This document shows, piece by piece, positions 54,004-64,000 of a stretch of 64,000 nucleotides of DNA; positions within the stretch are counted from its first letter, which is position 1, and each line of letters opens with the position of its first letter. The DNA is taken from positions 329,549 to 393,548 of the forward strand of contig JBMNFG010000011.1 in the NCBI GenBank assembly GCA_050949175.1. Direction: 5' to 3'. The notes below the pieces were generated by a model. That model ran no database searches, was not told the DNA's origin, and saw only the letters and a list, made by a program, of their open reading frames with translations. Source of the stretch: Bacillota bacterium (GTDB lineage Bacteria; Bacillota; SHA-98; UBA4971). The translations under genes were made by a program, and so were the position numbers.

Positions 54004-54950
54004 AACTTGGGATCCAAGACATCCCTAAGGCCTTCACCTATAAGGTTAATGGCAAGCACCAGAATGACAAGGGCAAGCCCTGGCAGAGTCGCCACCCACC
54101 AGGCATTCAGCATGTAGCGACGCCCATCTGACACCATAGAGCCCCATGCAGGGATCCTAGGCGGGATACCAAGACCAAGGAAGCTCAAAGACGACTCCAT
54201 GACTATCATGTTCCCCATGCGCAGTGTCCCCAGCACCAAGATGGAATGGATTATGTTGGGAAGGATCTCGGAAACCATGATAGCCCAGTCAGATCTACCT
54301 AGCGAACGGGCTGCCTCTACATATTCACATGTCTTCTGCGACATCACCTCAGCCCTGGTCAGCCTGTAAAACTCCACCCAACCTTTAAAGCAAAGTGCAA
54401 AGATGAGATTCCAGAATCCAGGGCCTAACACCGACATCATCCCTATGACAAATATCAGGTATGGGAAGGCCAGCAGAAGATCGGTAAACCTTGACATAAT
54501 CTTGTCAAACGCACCTCGGAAATATCCTGCTATTAGCCCTAACCCTACACCTATCGCCATAGAAATCGCTATCGTCAATACTCCTACAAGAATCGAGACA
54601 CGGGCACCGTACATGATCCTTGTGAGTATATCCCTTCCAAGCTGGTCAGTACCAAGAGGATGCGCACCCGCCAAAGACGGAGCCACGAATCTCTTGGTAA
54701 GAGCGACTTGGTCCGGGCTGTACGGTGCTATGTAAGGTGCCAACACCGCGCAAACGACGTAGATCAGGACCACAATCCCTCCTACGACCGCACCGCGATG
54801 GCTCTTCAGTTTCAGTAGTACGTCCCATATGCTTTGAAGCCTAGACCACGGACGCCTGTATGTCCTGACAAAAGGCCTTTCAAGAGGATAAGCTTCAGAC
54901 CCCCAGGCGTGTGTCTTGATGTCTTCAGCGCGTTCAATGTTTACTGACAT
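53991..54950 (-). CDS. oppC: Peptide ABC permease (OppC/DppC)
   Basis: HPLGTDQLGRD, EYVEAARSLG, ESSLSFLGLG. Confidence 0.93.
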   Translation of the reverse strand: MSVNIERAEDIKTHAWGSEAYPLERPFVRTYRRPWSRLQSIWDVLLKLKSHRGAVVGGIVVLIYVVCAVLAPYIAPYSPDQVALTKRFVAPSLAGAHPLGTDQLGRDILTRIMYGARVSILVGVLTIAISMAIGVGLGLIAGYFRGAFDKIMSRFTDLLLAFPYLIFVIGMMSVLGPGFWNLIFALCFKGWVEFYRLTRAEVMSQKTCEYVEAARSLGRSDWAIMVSEILPNIIHSILVLGTLRMGNMIVMESSLSFLGLGIPPRIPAWGSMVSDGRRYMLNAWWVATLPGLALVILVLAINLIGEGLRDVLDPKLQEG

Positions 54951-55141
54951 GTTATAGGCACCCTCCTTTCGCTAAAATGTAACCTTTCGATTCACACGAC
55001 TATGTCTTGCTAAGTGTCTTACTGACTCCGTTTAGCATCATCTCCGGCCGTTCAAAGCCTGCTTGGCCCGCTTAGACTGCTTAGACTAATGGACCTCTGT
55101 CCTGTGTTTTTTCAGTAATCTCTCCCCGTGCACCCCCTACC

Positions 55142-56158
55142 CTACAGGGTTAGCTTTGGATTGAGATAAGTGTAAATAATATCCGTGGTAAGATTCATCA
55201 AAACGAATGTCATGGCGTAAATCATAACCGCCGCTTGAACCACCGGATAATCCCTGGCAAATATCGCATCTACGACCACGCGTCCCAGGCCGGGCCATCC
55301 GAAGATGGTCTCTACAATCATGTTTCCTCCAAGCAGCGTCCCCACCTGGAGCCCGACGACTGTCACCGTTGGAATGAGCGCATTTCGCAACGCATGCTTT
55401 ACTACAATGACAAACTCGGGCACACCTTTAGCCTTGGCGAACAGGACGTAGTCGGTCTTTAACGCTTCAAGCATGCTGGATCTCGTAACTCTGGCAACGA
55501 TAGCTGCCACACCCGCTCCCAAAGTGATGGTGGGAAGTGCTAGATGCCTCAACGCATCTTTCAGCGCCTGAATATCCCCGGCAATCAAAGCGTCAAGCGT
55601 CAAAAGCCCGGTTACAGCAGCCGGCTCCATTCCATAGGTAATCCTGCCTGATGTCGGAAACCAGCCGAGCCTTAAAGAGAACACGATAATCCCGATTATG
55701 CCCAGCCAGAAAGCGGGCATGGATATCCCCAGGAACGATGCGGTCATTCCGACACGATCAATGACCGAGTTCTGGTGCCTCGCAGAGGCGATTCCCAGGG
55801 GAATACCTACTACAAGGGCGAAAAGCAGCGCAAACATTGCCAGCTCAATAGTGGCTGGGATGGCTTCGAAAATAATCTCTCTCACAGGACGGGATCTCTG
55901 AATCGAGTACCCCATATCGCCTCGAACAAGCCTTCCCAGATACCTTGTGAGCTGCACATGAATGGGTTTATCCAGGTCAAACTCGGCTCTCAGAGACTCG
56001 ATCTCCTCAAGAGTCACTCCGCCTGCTTCGCCCATCATGATGTCTACAGGATCCCCTGGGATCATTCGCATGAAAAGAAATGCGCATATTACAACACCAA
56101 GCATTATGGGGATTGCAGCGATTATGCGTTCTAGTATCTGTACCTGTGTTCGGGTCAT
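55142..56158 (-). CDS. oppB: Peptide ABC permease (OppB/DppB)
   Basis: IPGDP, PATIEL, DYVLFAKAKG, FGWPGLG, RDYP. Confidence 0.93.
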   Translation of the reverse strand: MTRTQVQILERIIAAIPIMLGVVICAFLFMRMIPGDPVDIMMGEAGGVTLEEIESLRAEFDLDKPIHVQLTRYLGRLVRGDMGYSIQRSRPVREIIFEAIPATIELAMFALLFALVVGIPLGIASARHQNSVIDRVGMTASFLGISMPAFWLGIIGIIVFSLRLGWFPTSGRITYGMEPAAVTGLLTLDALIAGDIQALKDALRHLALPTITLGAGVAAIVARVTRSSMLEALKTDYVLFAKAKGVPEFVIVVKHALRNALIPTVTVVGLQVGTLLGGNMIVETIFGWPGLGRVVVDAIFARDYPVVQAAVMIYAMTFVLMNLTTDIIYTYLNPKLTL

Positions 56159-56189
56159 TCCAACCTCCTACATTCGTAAGATGTCTCAG

Positions 56190-57770
56190 TTACCTCACAG
56201 AATAGCCTGCTTCGCGCAATAGGGCCTTAGCCTGTTCAGGATCATACGGATAAGGCTCAAGGCTTGGATCAAATCCGAACCCGCTGGGCAAGAACGCAGA
56301 TGCCAATCTGATACCGTTCCCGCCGTAGATAGACGTAAGGATTGCATCCCAGTCCACCGCGTAATTCAGTGCGCGCCGCACCCTGACATCGTCAAAAGGA
56401 GGCTTCCGGCAGTTCATTTCTACGATATATACACGCGTTCCGTCTACATTCTTTACCTGAATATTTCTGTCTGCAGCAAGGGCACTTGCAAGATCCGGCG
56501 GAACTTGCTGGATAATGTGGACTTCGCCTGCTTTCAAAGCAGCCACACGCACTGTCGGCTCAGGCATCATCCGGAAGATCACCTGTCTTGCAGGTGCGGC
56601 CCCTACCGGAGGGATCTCCGGCGAACCACCGTAGTATTCGTCGAACCTTTCCAACACTATTTGATCGTCAAGCCGTCCTTCCTTAAACTTGAAAGGGCCT
56701 GCGCCAACCGGTTTCGCCGCAAACTCAAGATCCCCGACTTCTTCGATATAGTCCTTGGGTACAATCTGGAAATGCACCAGCGCTTGCGGGAATATCGGGA
56801 ACGGGTTGGCAAGGGTGAACTTGACCGTATATTGGTCAACCTTTTCTACCTTCTCCAGCGGGCCGAGGAGCCCCTTACGCGGTGATGATTGCCCTGCAAT
56901 CGCTCCATCTTCGAGGATCCGCCGAAACGTAAACACTACATCATCTGCATCAAGCGGTTCACCGTTATGGAACTTCACGCCTTCGCGGATCTTGAAGATA
57001 TAGACGTCGCCAGATGGAACAGTCCATGACTCAGCTATTTCAGGAACCACCTCACCGTCCCAGGTCCGAGTTACAAGCCCGTCAAATATGTTGCGAATAA
57101 CGGTTTCCGTGTCTCTGTCTCGATACGCACCGGGATCCAGTGTTAAGATCTTGTCTGCCCTCATTCCTACAACGATAGTATCGCCCCGAGTAATGCCAAC
57201 ATCATGAAGATTTATTCTGGAATCCATTGAAGGCTGCCAGTCTGTGATCTCGACTCTCGCAGCTTCGGTTTCTTTCAACATGTACCCGAAAATCCACGGC
57301 GCATCATCATAGATAATCCTCTGAGCCTTGAAATAGGCCTCCTTGCGCTGCTCCTGGTCTGCAGTCATCTGAACCAGCGTAAGGAGCTCATCCAGTTCAG
57401 GATTGCTGTACCCTGAATAGTTGCCTCTGTCTGCTGTGGCAAGTTTAGGTATTACGAGGTCAAAGGGATCAAAGTATGCGCTACCCCAGTCGCTGAGCCA
57501 TATCTGCCGTTCACCTTCAAGAGCACGCTCTCTTAGAGCACTCCACTCCCATATGCGGACTTCGGCCTCTACTCCGATTTCACGCAGATATGCAGCGATT
57601 ATTTCTGCCTCATCAGCGCGATCAGCTTGAGCATCGATTATTAAGGAAAGGGTCTTCCCTGCCGCCTGGACAGAGTGATCAATTGCAACCCCTGCAGAAA
57701 CCAGGAAAACGCACACGACAGCCAGGGCTGCAAAACGCCTCAATACGGCATAACCTCTCCTAGATCCCAT
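56190..57770 (-). CDS. Family-5 peptide/nickel ABC substrate-binding protein, circularly permuted
   Basis: FDGLV...PEIAESW, REGVKFHNG, PVGAGPF, VRRALNYAVD, YDPEQAKALL and GNYSGYSNPELD are all present, but in permuted order. Confidence 0.9.
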   Translation of the reverse strand: MGSRRGYAVLRRFAALAVVCVFLVSAGVAIDHSVQAAGKTLSLIIDAQADRADEAEIIAAYLREIGVEAEVRIWEWSALRERALEGERQIWLSDWGSAYFDPFDLVIPKLATADRGNYSGYSNPELDELLTLVQMTADQEQRKEAYFKAQRIIYDDAPWIFGYMLKETEAARVEITDWQPSMDSRINLHDVGITRGDTIVVGMRADKILTLDPGAYRDRDTETVIRNIFDGLVTRTWDGEVVPEIAESWTVPSGDVYIFKIREGVKFHNGEPLDADDVVFTFRRILEDGAIAGQSSPRKGLLGPLEKVEKVDQYTVKFTLANPFPIFPQALVHFQIVPKDYIEEVGDLEFAAKPVGAGPFKFKEGRLDDQIVLERFDEYYGGSPEIPPVGAAPARQVIFRMMPEPTVRVAALKAGEVHIIQQVPPDLASALAADRNIQVKNVDGTRVYIVEMNCRKPPFDDVRVRRALNYAVDWDAILTSIYGGNGIRLASAFLPSGFGFDPSLEPYPYDPEQAKALLREAGYSVR

Positions 57771-57798
57771 GTCATCAGCCTCCTTACCCTAAGTTATC

Positions 57799-57984
57799 TC
57801 ACAGATCCTCGAGTCTTTCATGCGGACATCGCATGGAGAGCTCTCTTATGAAGGCCATGTGTGAATGTCTGATACGCCCGTTCCGTGTGATCAGCTTGTG
57901 CAAGCTGTCAACTGAACCATCCCATGGCATCTCTTGTTGATGACTTGTGCGAAAGCCTAATAAGCTCCGGTTTGAACGCTTCAC
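57799..57984 (-). CDS. Possible 61-aa small protein in the riboswitch leader
   Basis: AGGAGG 5 nt before GTG; stop 28 nt before the binding-protein start; no recognisable family. Confidence 0.35.
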   Translation of the reverse strand: MKRSNRSLLGFRTSHQQEMPWDGSVDSLHKLITRNGRIRHSHMAFIRELSMRCPHERLEDL

Positions 57985-58201
57985 GTTGCCCTCCTAATAC
58001 GAACGTCCATTAGCATTTGGATACGGAGATCCATGAATCATTACAGAATGCTTCAGGGCATCCCGTCAGAGAGCGAATAATTCGGAAGCTCGGCAAGACC
58101 CGCTCCAAGAAGGCCGTCATTCTAAAACGTGTTCCGATAATGTCCGCCTTGTAGCGTACGGTGGGGGATTGTAGCGATCACCAGGGAGAAAAAGCGATCG
58201 C

Positions 58202-58236
58202 AAAACTAAATTACCCAAGGGGCCTCCTTGGGTAAA
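58202..58236 (-). terminator. Intrinsic terminator serving as the riboswitch expression platform
   Basis: Minus strand ttacccaagg-aggcc-ccttgggtaa followed by tttagtttt. Confidence 0.8.
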
Positions 58237-58246
58237 AGTTGGCGCC

Positions 58247-58383
58247 CCCCTCTCAACGCTTACGAGGTTAGCTGACGGACTCGGGCCGAAGGAGCTAGCC
58301 CTACCTGCCTTACCGGCAGGATTCGCCCCCTTACTGGGACTTCGGTTCCCCCGCTCTTCCTTACGGAAGATTCAGCGGCTGCG
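58247..58383 (-). ncRNA. c-di-AMP (ydaO/yuaA) riboswitch
   Basis: Minus strand GCTGAATC...GGGGGAACC...GGGGCGAATCC...GTAGGG...CCCGAGTCCGTCAGCTAACCTCGTAAGCG, the conserved ydaO segments, with GTAA-capped stems. Confidence 0.93.
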
Positions 58384-58480
58384 TTTGTCCCTTAAGTGTC
58401 CCTTAAGGTGAATCGCAGCATCAACAGCGCATATGACCTGTTATTCATGCACGTCACGCTATACTACTGTTGCATTATTT

Positions 58481-58509
58481 ATATTAACGCTGGAACTTAC
58501 ATGTGTCAA
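58481..58509 (-). promoter_or_regulatory. Sigma-A promoter for the riboswitch-opp transcript
   Basis: TTGACA-17 bp-TAATAT on the minus strand. Confidence 0.65.
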
Positions 58510-58607
58510 TAGAAGTTTTTTGCACACTTCCGGTAGACATTCCCTCTTTCCCCAGGATGATTACGTTTTTTGTCCAGTTTATCCCATGTTTTTCCATTGA
58601 TCCTGAG

Positions 58608-58616
58608 TGTTATAAT
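58608..58616 (+). promoter_or_regulatory. Extended -10 promoter for the divergent oppF
   Basis: TGTTATAAT. Confidence 0.5.
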
Positions 58617-58684
58617 GTTTTGGAAGAGTAACTACACACTCACTATGAATGGGGAGAACTCCACTTGATGGGAGGTTCAACACG

Positions 58685-59743
58685 ATGCAGAAACCCCTTG
58701 TCGCCACAGATAATCTCAAAAAGCACTTCGTGATTGAAGAAAGCCTGCTTGCCCGCTACCTTGCCGGTGCAAAAAACCGCGTCGTCAAGGCGGTGGACGG
58801 CGTAAGCATTGAGATACTTCCCGGAGAAACCCTGGGCCTCGTAGGGGAATCAGGATGCGGCAAAAGCACCCTTGGCAGGACAATAGTAGGGCTCTACGAG
58901 CCTACCGAAGGTGATGTGCAGTTTCAAGGCAAATCTCTCTTCGGTGATGACTCGATACCTGAGAGGGACTTAAGAAAGCAAGCGCAGATAATATTCCAAA
59001 ACCCATACAGCTCGCTGAATCCAAGACACACAGTGCGCCAGATAATCGGTGTGGCTCTGGCTCTTAGAGGTGTACCTCCGCATGACAGGGAAGAGGAGAC
59101 TGTCAGCTTGCTGATGCGAGTTGGATTAAGCCACGACCATATAGACAGGTATCCCCACCAGTTCAGCGGAGGACAGCGTCAGCGTATAGGCATTGCACGG
59201 GCACTTGCCACAAATCCCAAGTTCATTGTGGCAGATGAGCCCCTGTCATCACTGGACGTTTCCGTACAGGCACAGATAATCAACCTCCTGCAAGAGCTTC
59301 AGGAGGATTATGGTCTCACTTATCTTTTTATCACGCACGATCTCCGTGTCGCGTACCATATGAGCCACAGGATAGCCGTAATGTACTTAGGACAGGTGGT
59401 TGAGATGGCAGACACCGACGCACTCTATGAGAATCCTTTGCACCCTTATACACAGGCGCTCCTATCTGCAATCCCTTCTGTTGAGCCGTCTCGCAGAAGA
59501 AACAGGATTCTTCTTGAAGGGACGGTTCCGACGCCAATCGATCCTCCGAAAGGATGCCGCTTCCATCCGCGATGCAGGCACCGTATGCCCATCTGCGAAC
59601 AAGAGGAACCGGAGCTTCTAATTGTCCCAAGCCCTGTGGAGAACGGGAACTCAGAGACCGGCCCGGCACAGAGACACAGTGAAAAGAGGGAGGATCGATT
59701 ACGAACCGGACACTTAGTCCGCTGTCACTTGCATTTTGGTTAG
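58685..59743 (+). CDS. oppF: Oligopeptide ABC ATP-binding protein (OppF/DppF)
   Basis: [46 protein letters not shown]; start at the ATG behind GGGAGG. Confidence 0.92.
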   Translation: MQKPLVATDNLKKHFVIEESLLARYLAGAKNRVVKAVDGVSIEILPGETLGLVGESGCGKSTLGRTIVGLYEPTEGDVQFQGKSLFGDDSIPERDLRKQAQIIFQNPYSSLNPRHTVRQIIGVALALRGVPPHDREEETVSLLMRVGLSHDHIDRYPHQFSGGQRQRIGIARALATNPKFIVADEPLSSLDVSVQAQIINLLQELQEDYGLTYLFITHDLRVAYHMSHRIAVMYLGQVVEMADTDALYENPLHPYTQALLSAIPSVEPSRRRNRILLEGTVPTPIDPPKGCRFHPRCRHRMPICEQEEPELLIVPSPVENGNSETGPAQRHSEKREDRLRTGHLVRCHLHFG

Positions 59744-59850
59744 AAAACGGCGTGGCTTTAACGAAAGCTAGAGAGTAGCCAGAGGGTAGCCCGGTTTTTA
59801 CCGGAACGATTTCTCCAACACTGAGAGACGTAGTGTAAGAGTATCATCCC

Positions 59851-59880
59851 GGCAGGTGGTCACCACCTGCCTTGTTTTTA
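59851..59880 (+). terminator. Intrinsic terminator between convergent oppF and the methyltransferase
   Basis: ggcaggtgg-tca-ccacctgcc followed by ttgttttta. Confidence 0.75.
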
Positions 59881-59909
59881 TATTGTGTTTGTAGAACCCT
59901 ATCTTCCTG

Positions 59910-60875
59910 CTAACTGTCTTTCATCGTGGTTTTGTCTGCCTCAGATCCTGCTCTTCTATAAGCCTCATCAAAGTAAACAGCGTCAATCTCGAATCCCACA
60001 AACGAGACTCCCAACCTGGCGCAGGCAATTGCTGTATTACCTAAACCCATAAAAGGGTCGAGGACAAGCCCTGTCTTGTCCAGGCCATGGAGCCGGATAC
60101 ACATTTCAGGAAGGCGAGGCGGAAAAGTCGCAGGGTGAGGACGTTCCTTAATCCGGCTCTGGATAGTCTCATACGGAATGAACCAGGTGTTGCCGCGGCA
60201 TCTGAGGTCTCTCTTCGCAGCCTTCCACCGCTTTACATTGGATTTATCTTGATATGGGACGCCGATGGCGAGCCGGTTCAATGGCACATTCCCGGACTTT
60301 GTAAAGTGAAATATGTATTCGTGACAATCATTGACAAAGCGGTTGCTGTTTATCGGCTTATAGTGGCCTATTGCCACATCGGATACAATAGCGCCGTAGT
60401 CACCGACATCCTCTTTCGCAACTGCAATGGATTTAATCCAGTGGATGACATTTTGCAACTTGAATATGGGCCTTAGGACTGTTGCCACCTCAAAAGGAAC
60501 CCACGGGTCAGTGGGTTTTGAGCCGATGTTGAGGAAAAACGATCCCTCGTCAGACATGGCATCTTTCACAGCCTCAGCCCACTTGACTGTCCATGCCAGG
60601 TACTTATCCCTAGCAACCGTATCATCGTATGCCCCGTACTCGATCCCGAGGTTATAGGGAGGCGACGTAACAACTACATCGACGCTCCCAGGTTTAACAA
60701 ACTTCTTTATGCCAGGGATGCAGTCTCCCAGCACAAAATCGAGCACCACGTCGGACCCGGGATCAGATCCAACTTGTCCTCTTGGCTCCACACCTGATGT
60801 ACAGCCTCCTGTACTGGCTGAGGCCCGTGATGTGTCCGGTATTCTTATGGATTTTCGTACGACATCCTTCGGCAT
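59910..60875 (-). CDS. Beta-class amino-DNA methyltransferase (probably N4-cytosine), orphan
   Basis: Motif IV VVTSPPY precedes HPATFP and motif I LDPFMGLG. Confidence 0.9.
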   Translation of the reverse strand: MPKDVVRKSIRIPDTSRASASTGGCTSGVEPRGQVGSDPGSDVVLDFVLGDCIPGIKKFVKPGSVDVVVTSPPYNLGIEYGAYDDTVARDKYLAWTVKWAEAVKDAMSDEGSFFLNIGSKPTDPWVPFEVATVLRPIFKLQNVIHWIKSIAVAKEDVGDYGAIVSDVAIGHYKPINSNRFVNDCHEYIFHFTKSGNVPLNRLAIGVPYQDKSNVKRWKAAKRDLRCRGNTWFIPYETIQSRIKERPHPATFPPRLPEMCIRLHGLDKTGLVLDPFMGLGNTAIACARLGVSFVGFEIDAVYFDEAYRRAGSEADKTTMKDS

Positions 60876-61001
60876 TCTTTATTTCATCTCTTTGCCGGAC
60901 CCTGTTTTCCGGAAAGTGTCATCTACTATAAGAAGACTTAACCATAAAAAGATCTAACCACAAAAAGGTTTAACCGCTCACCGGCACCATGCATCTTAAT
61001 C

Positions 61002-63803
61002 TTATCCTGCATCCAAGACTTCGTGCCCGCCGGTGGACAGCCCCTTCCATACCAGCTTCAAGACTTCTGCAGTGATGGTAGGAATGAAGCCTGCCATGAT
61101 AACCAGCCTCCACTCTCTCGCTCCAAGGGATACCGTATCAAGGAACTGGGAGAGCCAAGGCATCTCTATGCTGGCAATAAGCAGCACAGCCGAAACGGCC
61201 ACTGCAGCAAGAAGCTGCGGATTCTCGTTGGGCTTCGCGTGCCATATTGGCCGCCTTTCTGACCGGGAACTCAAAGCTCTTAGCAGCTCAGACAGGCCAA
61301 GCGCCGCAAAGGCTGAAGTGCGAGCCAGCTCCCACGAAGCACCTGCTCTAAGCAGTGTCACATAAGGCCACAGCACAGCAACGACTATCGACATGCCGAC
61401 TATCAGCATTCTAATGATAATCGGTTTCGATAGGATGCCTTCTTTTGTATCCCTCGGCGGCATCTCCATGATACCTTCCTCTGATGGGTCCATTCCAAGG
61501 GCCAGCGCGGGCAGCCCGTCTGTGACCAGGTTTATCATGAGGATTTGGACAGGCGCCAGCGGATTTCCGAGCTTGGCCAGGATCGCCACGAGGAATATCA
61601 GGAGTTCCCCGATGTTACAGGACAAAAGATAGATGATGGATTTTCGTATGTTCTCAAAGATGATCCTGCCTTGTTCTATTGCTGCGACTACACTTGCGAA
61701 GTTGTCGTCAGTCAGCACCATGTCAGATGCGCTTTTTGCAACCTCGGTGCCTGTCAGGCCCATAGCAACTCCGATATCAGCGGCGCCAAGGGCAGGAGCG
61801 TCATTCACCCCGTCTCCCAGCATAGCGACGATTTCGTCATGCTTCTTCAAGGCGTGGACGAGCCTAAGCTTGTGCTCAGGAGATACTCTTGCATAAACCC
61901 TGACACCCTTTGCAATTGCCTCAAGCTCAGCCTGATCCATCTTGTCAAGTTCACTTCCGGTGACAATCCTCGCACCCTCCTCGAACATGCCGAGCTCCTC
62001 AGCGATTGCCTTGGCAGTGTGGGGATAATCACCTGTCACCATAACCGGAGTGACACCGGCTTTCTTTGATATCTTTATCGCTTCTACAACCTCCGGACGG
62101 ACCGGGTCGATCATGCCGACCATGCCTATGAAGATCAGATCATTCTCTATCTCCTCCGGGGATGGTTTCGAAGGGACGCGCTCCACTCTCTTTGTGGCAA
62201 ATCCCAGAGTCCTCAGGCCTCGCTTTGCCATTTCATCTACAAGGTCAAGCATGGATTTGACCCTGTCATCTGAGAGCGGACGAATCTCGGTGCCGTCAAA
62301 GTATGACCTGCTCAAAGAGAGCAAAATGTCAGGTGCACCTTTAACAAAGGCTACAGTATCTCCTTTTGCGCAAGGGCCCCACTCCACATCGGGACAGTGC
62401 AAGGTGGTCATGCACTTCCTGGCTGAGTCAAACGGGATTTCTCCTACACGTGGAAAGAGTGATTCGACAGTAGCCTTATCTCTGCTTCCTTTAGCTGCAA
62501 GGGTCACAAGCGCACCTTCAGTAGGATCCCCTACAACAGACCATATAGTCGTTACTCCGCCTGCTGTCTGCCCTTCTTCTTCAATAATGGAAGCATCGTT
62601 ACAACCTGCAGCAACATCCAGCAGCCTCAAGAGTTCGACATCAGCTTCCACCTTATCCTCATTTTCAATAAACTCGCCGTAAGGCGCATAGCCTGTTCCG
62701 GTTACCTGGATATGTCGCCCGGAGGCCAGATAGACCTCTCTTACAGTCATCTTGTTCTCCGTCAATGTCCCGGTCTTGTCAGAGCAAATGTAGGTGACAC
62801 ACCCAAGAGTCTCAACAGCAGGCAGTCTGCGGATAATCGCGTTGACTGCGATCATCCGCTGCACACCGATGGCAAGCACTATAGTGACTACAGCAGGCAA
62901 TCCCTCAGGTATGGCAGCCACTGCCAGGCTAACCGCTGTCATGAACATGTTGAATACAGGCTCGCCGCTCATCCAGCCCAGTACAAATACCAGACCGCAA
63001 ATGCCCAGCGCCCCAAAGCCCAAGAACTTTCCGAATTCCGCCAGCTTCTTTTGGAGCGGAGTATCTTCTTGGATCTGGGATGAGACCATCTCTGCGATTT
63101 TCCCGATTTCAGTTGCCATTCCCGTGGACGTAACAACCCCGGCACCACGTCCGTAGGTAACAATTGTTCCGAGGTACGCCAAGTTTGCCCTGTCACCCAG
63201 AGATGTCTCGCTGTCAAAGACGCGTGATGCGTCCTTCTCTACAGGGACAGACTCCCCAGTCAATGCAGATTCGTCTATCTGCGTATTCACAGTCTCAATA
63301 AGCCTTAAGTCAGCAGGGACGAAATCACCTGCCTGAAGAAGCACCACATCCCCTGGGACCAGTTCTTCTGACGAAATCTTCTGGACCCGGCCTTCCCGTA
63401 TTACAGTTGCCACCGGAACTGCCATCTTCTTCAGGGCTGCAAGGGCTTTACCTGCCCGCCCTTCCTGCACAACACCCATGATCGCATTGAGAATCAGAAT
63501 CGCCAGGATTACGCAGGCATCGACCCACTCTCCCATAACCGCTGCAATAACCGTTGAACCAACCAGTATGAGAACAAGGAAGTCCTTAAACTGATCAATG
63601 AACATCTGAAGCAAGGTCTTGGGCTCTTCTTCTGCAAGGGCATTGGGACCGTAGCGTTCCAGCCTGGCTGAGGCCTCAGAGCTCGTGAGGCCTTCCTTTC
63701 CGTCAGTCTCCAGGGCCTTAAGAGCCTCGTCTATATTCATCCTGTGCCATTCGTGACCGATGTCACCGTCTGAATTGTTATCCAAAGGCGTCACCGCCCC
63801 CAT
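61002..63803 (-). CDS. Type IIA (SERCA/YloB-like) Ca2+-transporting P-type ATPase
   Basis: [39 protein letters not shown]. Confidence 0.95.
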   Translation of the reverse strand: MGAVTPLDNNSDGDIGHEWHRMNIDEALKALETDGKEGLTSSEASARLERYGPNALAEEEPKTLLQMFIDQFKDFLVLILVGSTVIAAVMGEWVDACVILAILILNAIMGVVQEGRAGKALAALKKMAVPVATVIREGRVQKISSEELVPGDVVLLQAGDFVPADLRLIETVNTQIDESALTGESVPVEKDASRVFDSETSLGDRANLAYLGTIVTYGRGAGVVTSTGMATEIGKIAEMVSSQIQEDTPLQKKLAEFGKFLGFGALGICGLVFVLGWMSGEPVFNMFMTAVSLAVAAIPEGLPAVVTIVLAIGVQRMIAVNAIIRRLPAVETLGCVTYICSDKTGTLTENKMTVREVYLASGRHIQVTGTGYAPYGEFIENEDKVEADVELLRLLDVAAGCNDASIIEEEGQTAGGVTTIWSVVGDPTEGALVTLAAKGSRDKATVESLFPRVGEIPFDSARKCMTTLHCPDVEWGPCAKGDTVAFVKGAPDILLSLSRSYFDGTEIRPLSDDRVKSMLDLVDEMAKRGLRTLGFATKRVERVPSKPSPEEIENDLIFIGMVGMIDPVRPEVVEAIKISKKAGVTPVMVTGDYPHTAKAIAEELGMFEEGARIVTGSELDKMDQAELEAIAKGVRVYARVSPEHKLRLVHALKKHDEIVAMLGDGVNDAPALGAADIGVAMGLTGTEVAKSASDMVLTDDNFASVVAAIEQGRIIFENIRKSIIYLLSCNIGELLIFLVAILAKLGNPLAPVQILMINLVTDGLPALALGMDPSEEGIMEMPPRDTKEGILSKPIIIRMLIVGMSIVVAVLWPYVTLLRAGASWELARTSAFAALGLSELLRALSSRSERRPIWHAKPNENPQLLAAVAVSAVLLIASIEMPWLSQFLDTVSLGAREWRLVIMAGFIPTITAEVLKLVWKGLSTGGHEVLDAG

Positions 63804-64000
63804 AACAACAACCTCCCCGATATACCTTCATTGCTTTGCATCTAATGTAACCGTCTTTCCGTCAGCGTCTGCTTCTCGATTCTACCTTTCATTCGTCGAA
63901 GGAGCGCCCAATTCCTCTAACTCCGTGTTAATACTGTAACCATTGTGCTCATGATAATGGCGGGCTGCCCAAAGAAAAAATGTCTGCTTTCCTACCACAT

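Noticed and set aside
59910-60875. Complete restriction-modification or defence system
   Set aside because: No nuclease or specificity gene is adjacent, and there is no room for one

Overview
A chromosomal segment of a probably spore-forming Bacillota (Firmicutes) bacterium (spmAB, whiA, rpoN, cggR-gap operon, tmRNA tag ANNNYAYAA). From left to right: (1) 1-20.6 kb, a carbohydrate catabolic region that resembles the Thermotoga-type inositol route (PfkB kinase plus IolO-like epimerase, two ABC importers, a LarA-family nickel epimerase, dehydrogenases, KDPG aldolase), ending in a GH13 protein that has lost two of its three catalytic acids. (2) 21-42 kb, core genes: ssrA, smpB, a frameshifted hppA, secG, eno-tpiA-pgk-gap-cggR without gpmI, rpoN, whiA, spmAB, yvcK-rapZ, nagBA. 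(3) 42-50.6 kb, an alpha-glucan cluster with two GH57 genes, DUF4912, a nucleotidyltransferase-PMM fusion and a GT4. (4) 52.7-59.7 kb, an Opp/Dpp transporter downstream of a c-di-AMP riboswitch, with a circularly permuted binding protein and a divergent oppF. (5) An orphan methyltransferase and a P-type ATPase. The most unusual signals are non-coding. Two copies of a roughly 550-580 bp element carry 14-15 19-bp palindromes (GTGGTcGA-N3-TCgACCAC) spaced at whole helical turns. Several intergenic tandem repeats are copies of the stop-codon end of the adjacent gene. All family assignments come from motif recognition by eye; no searches were run.
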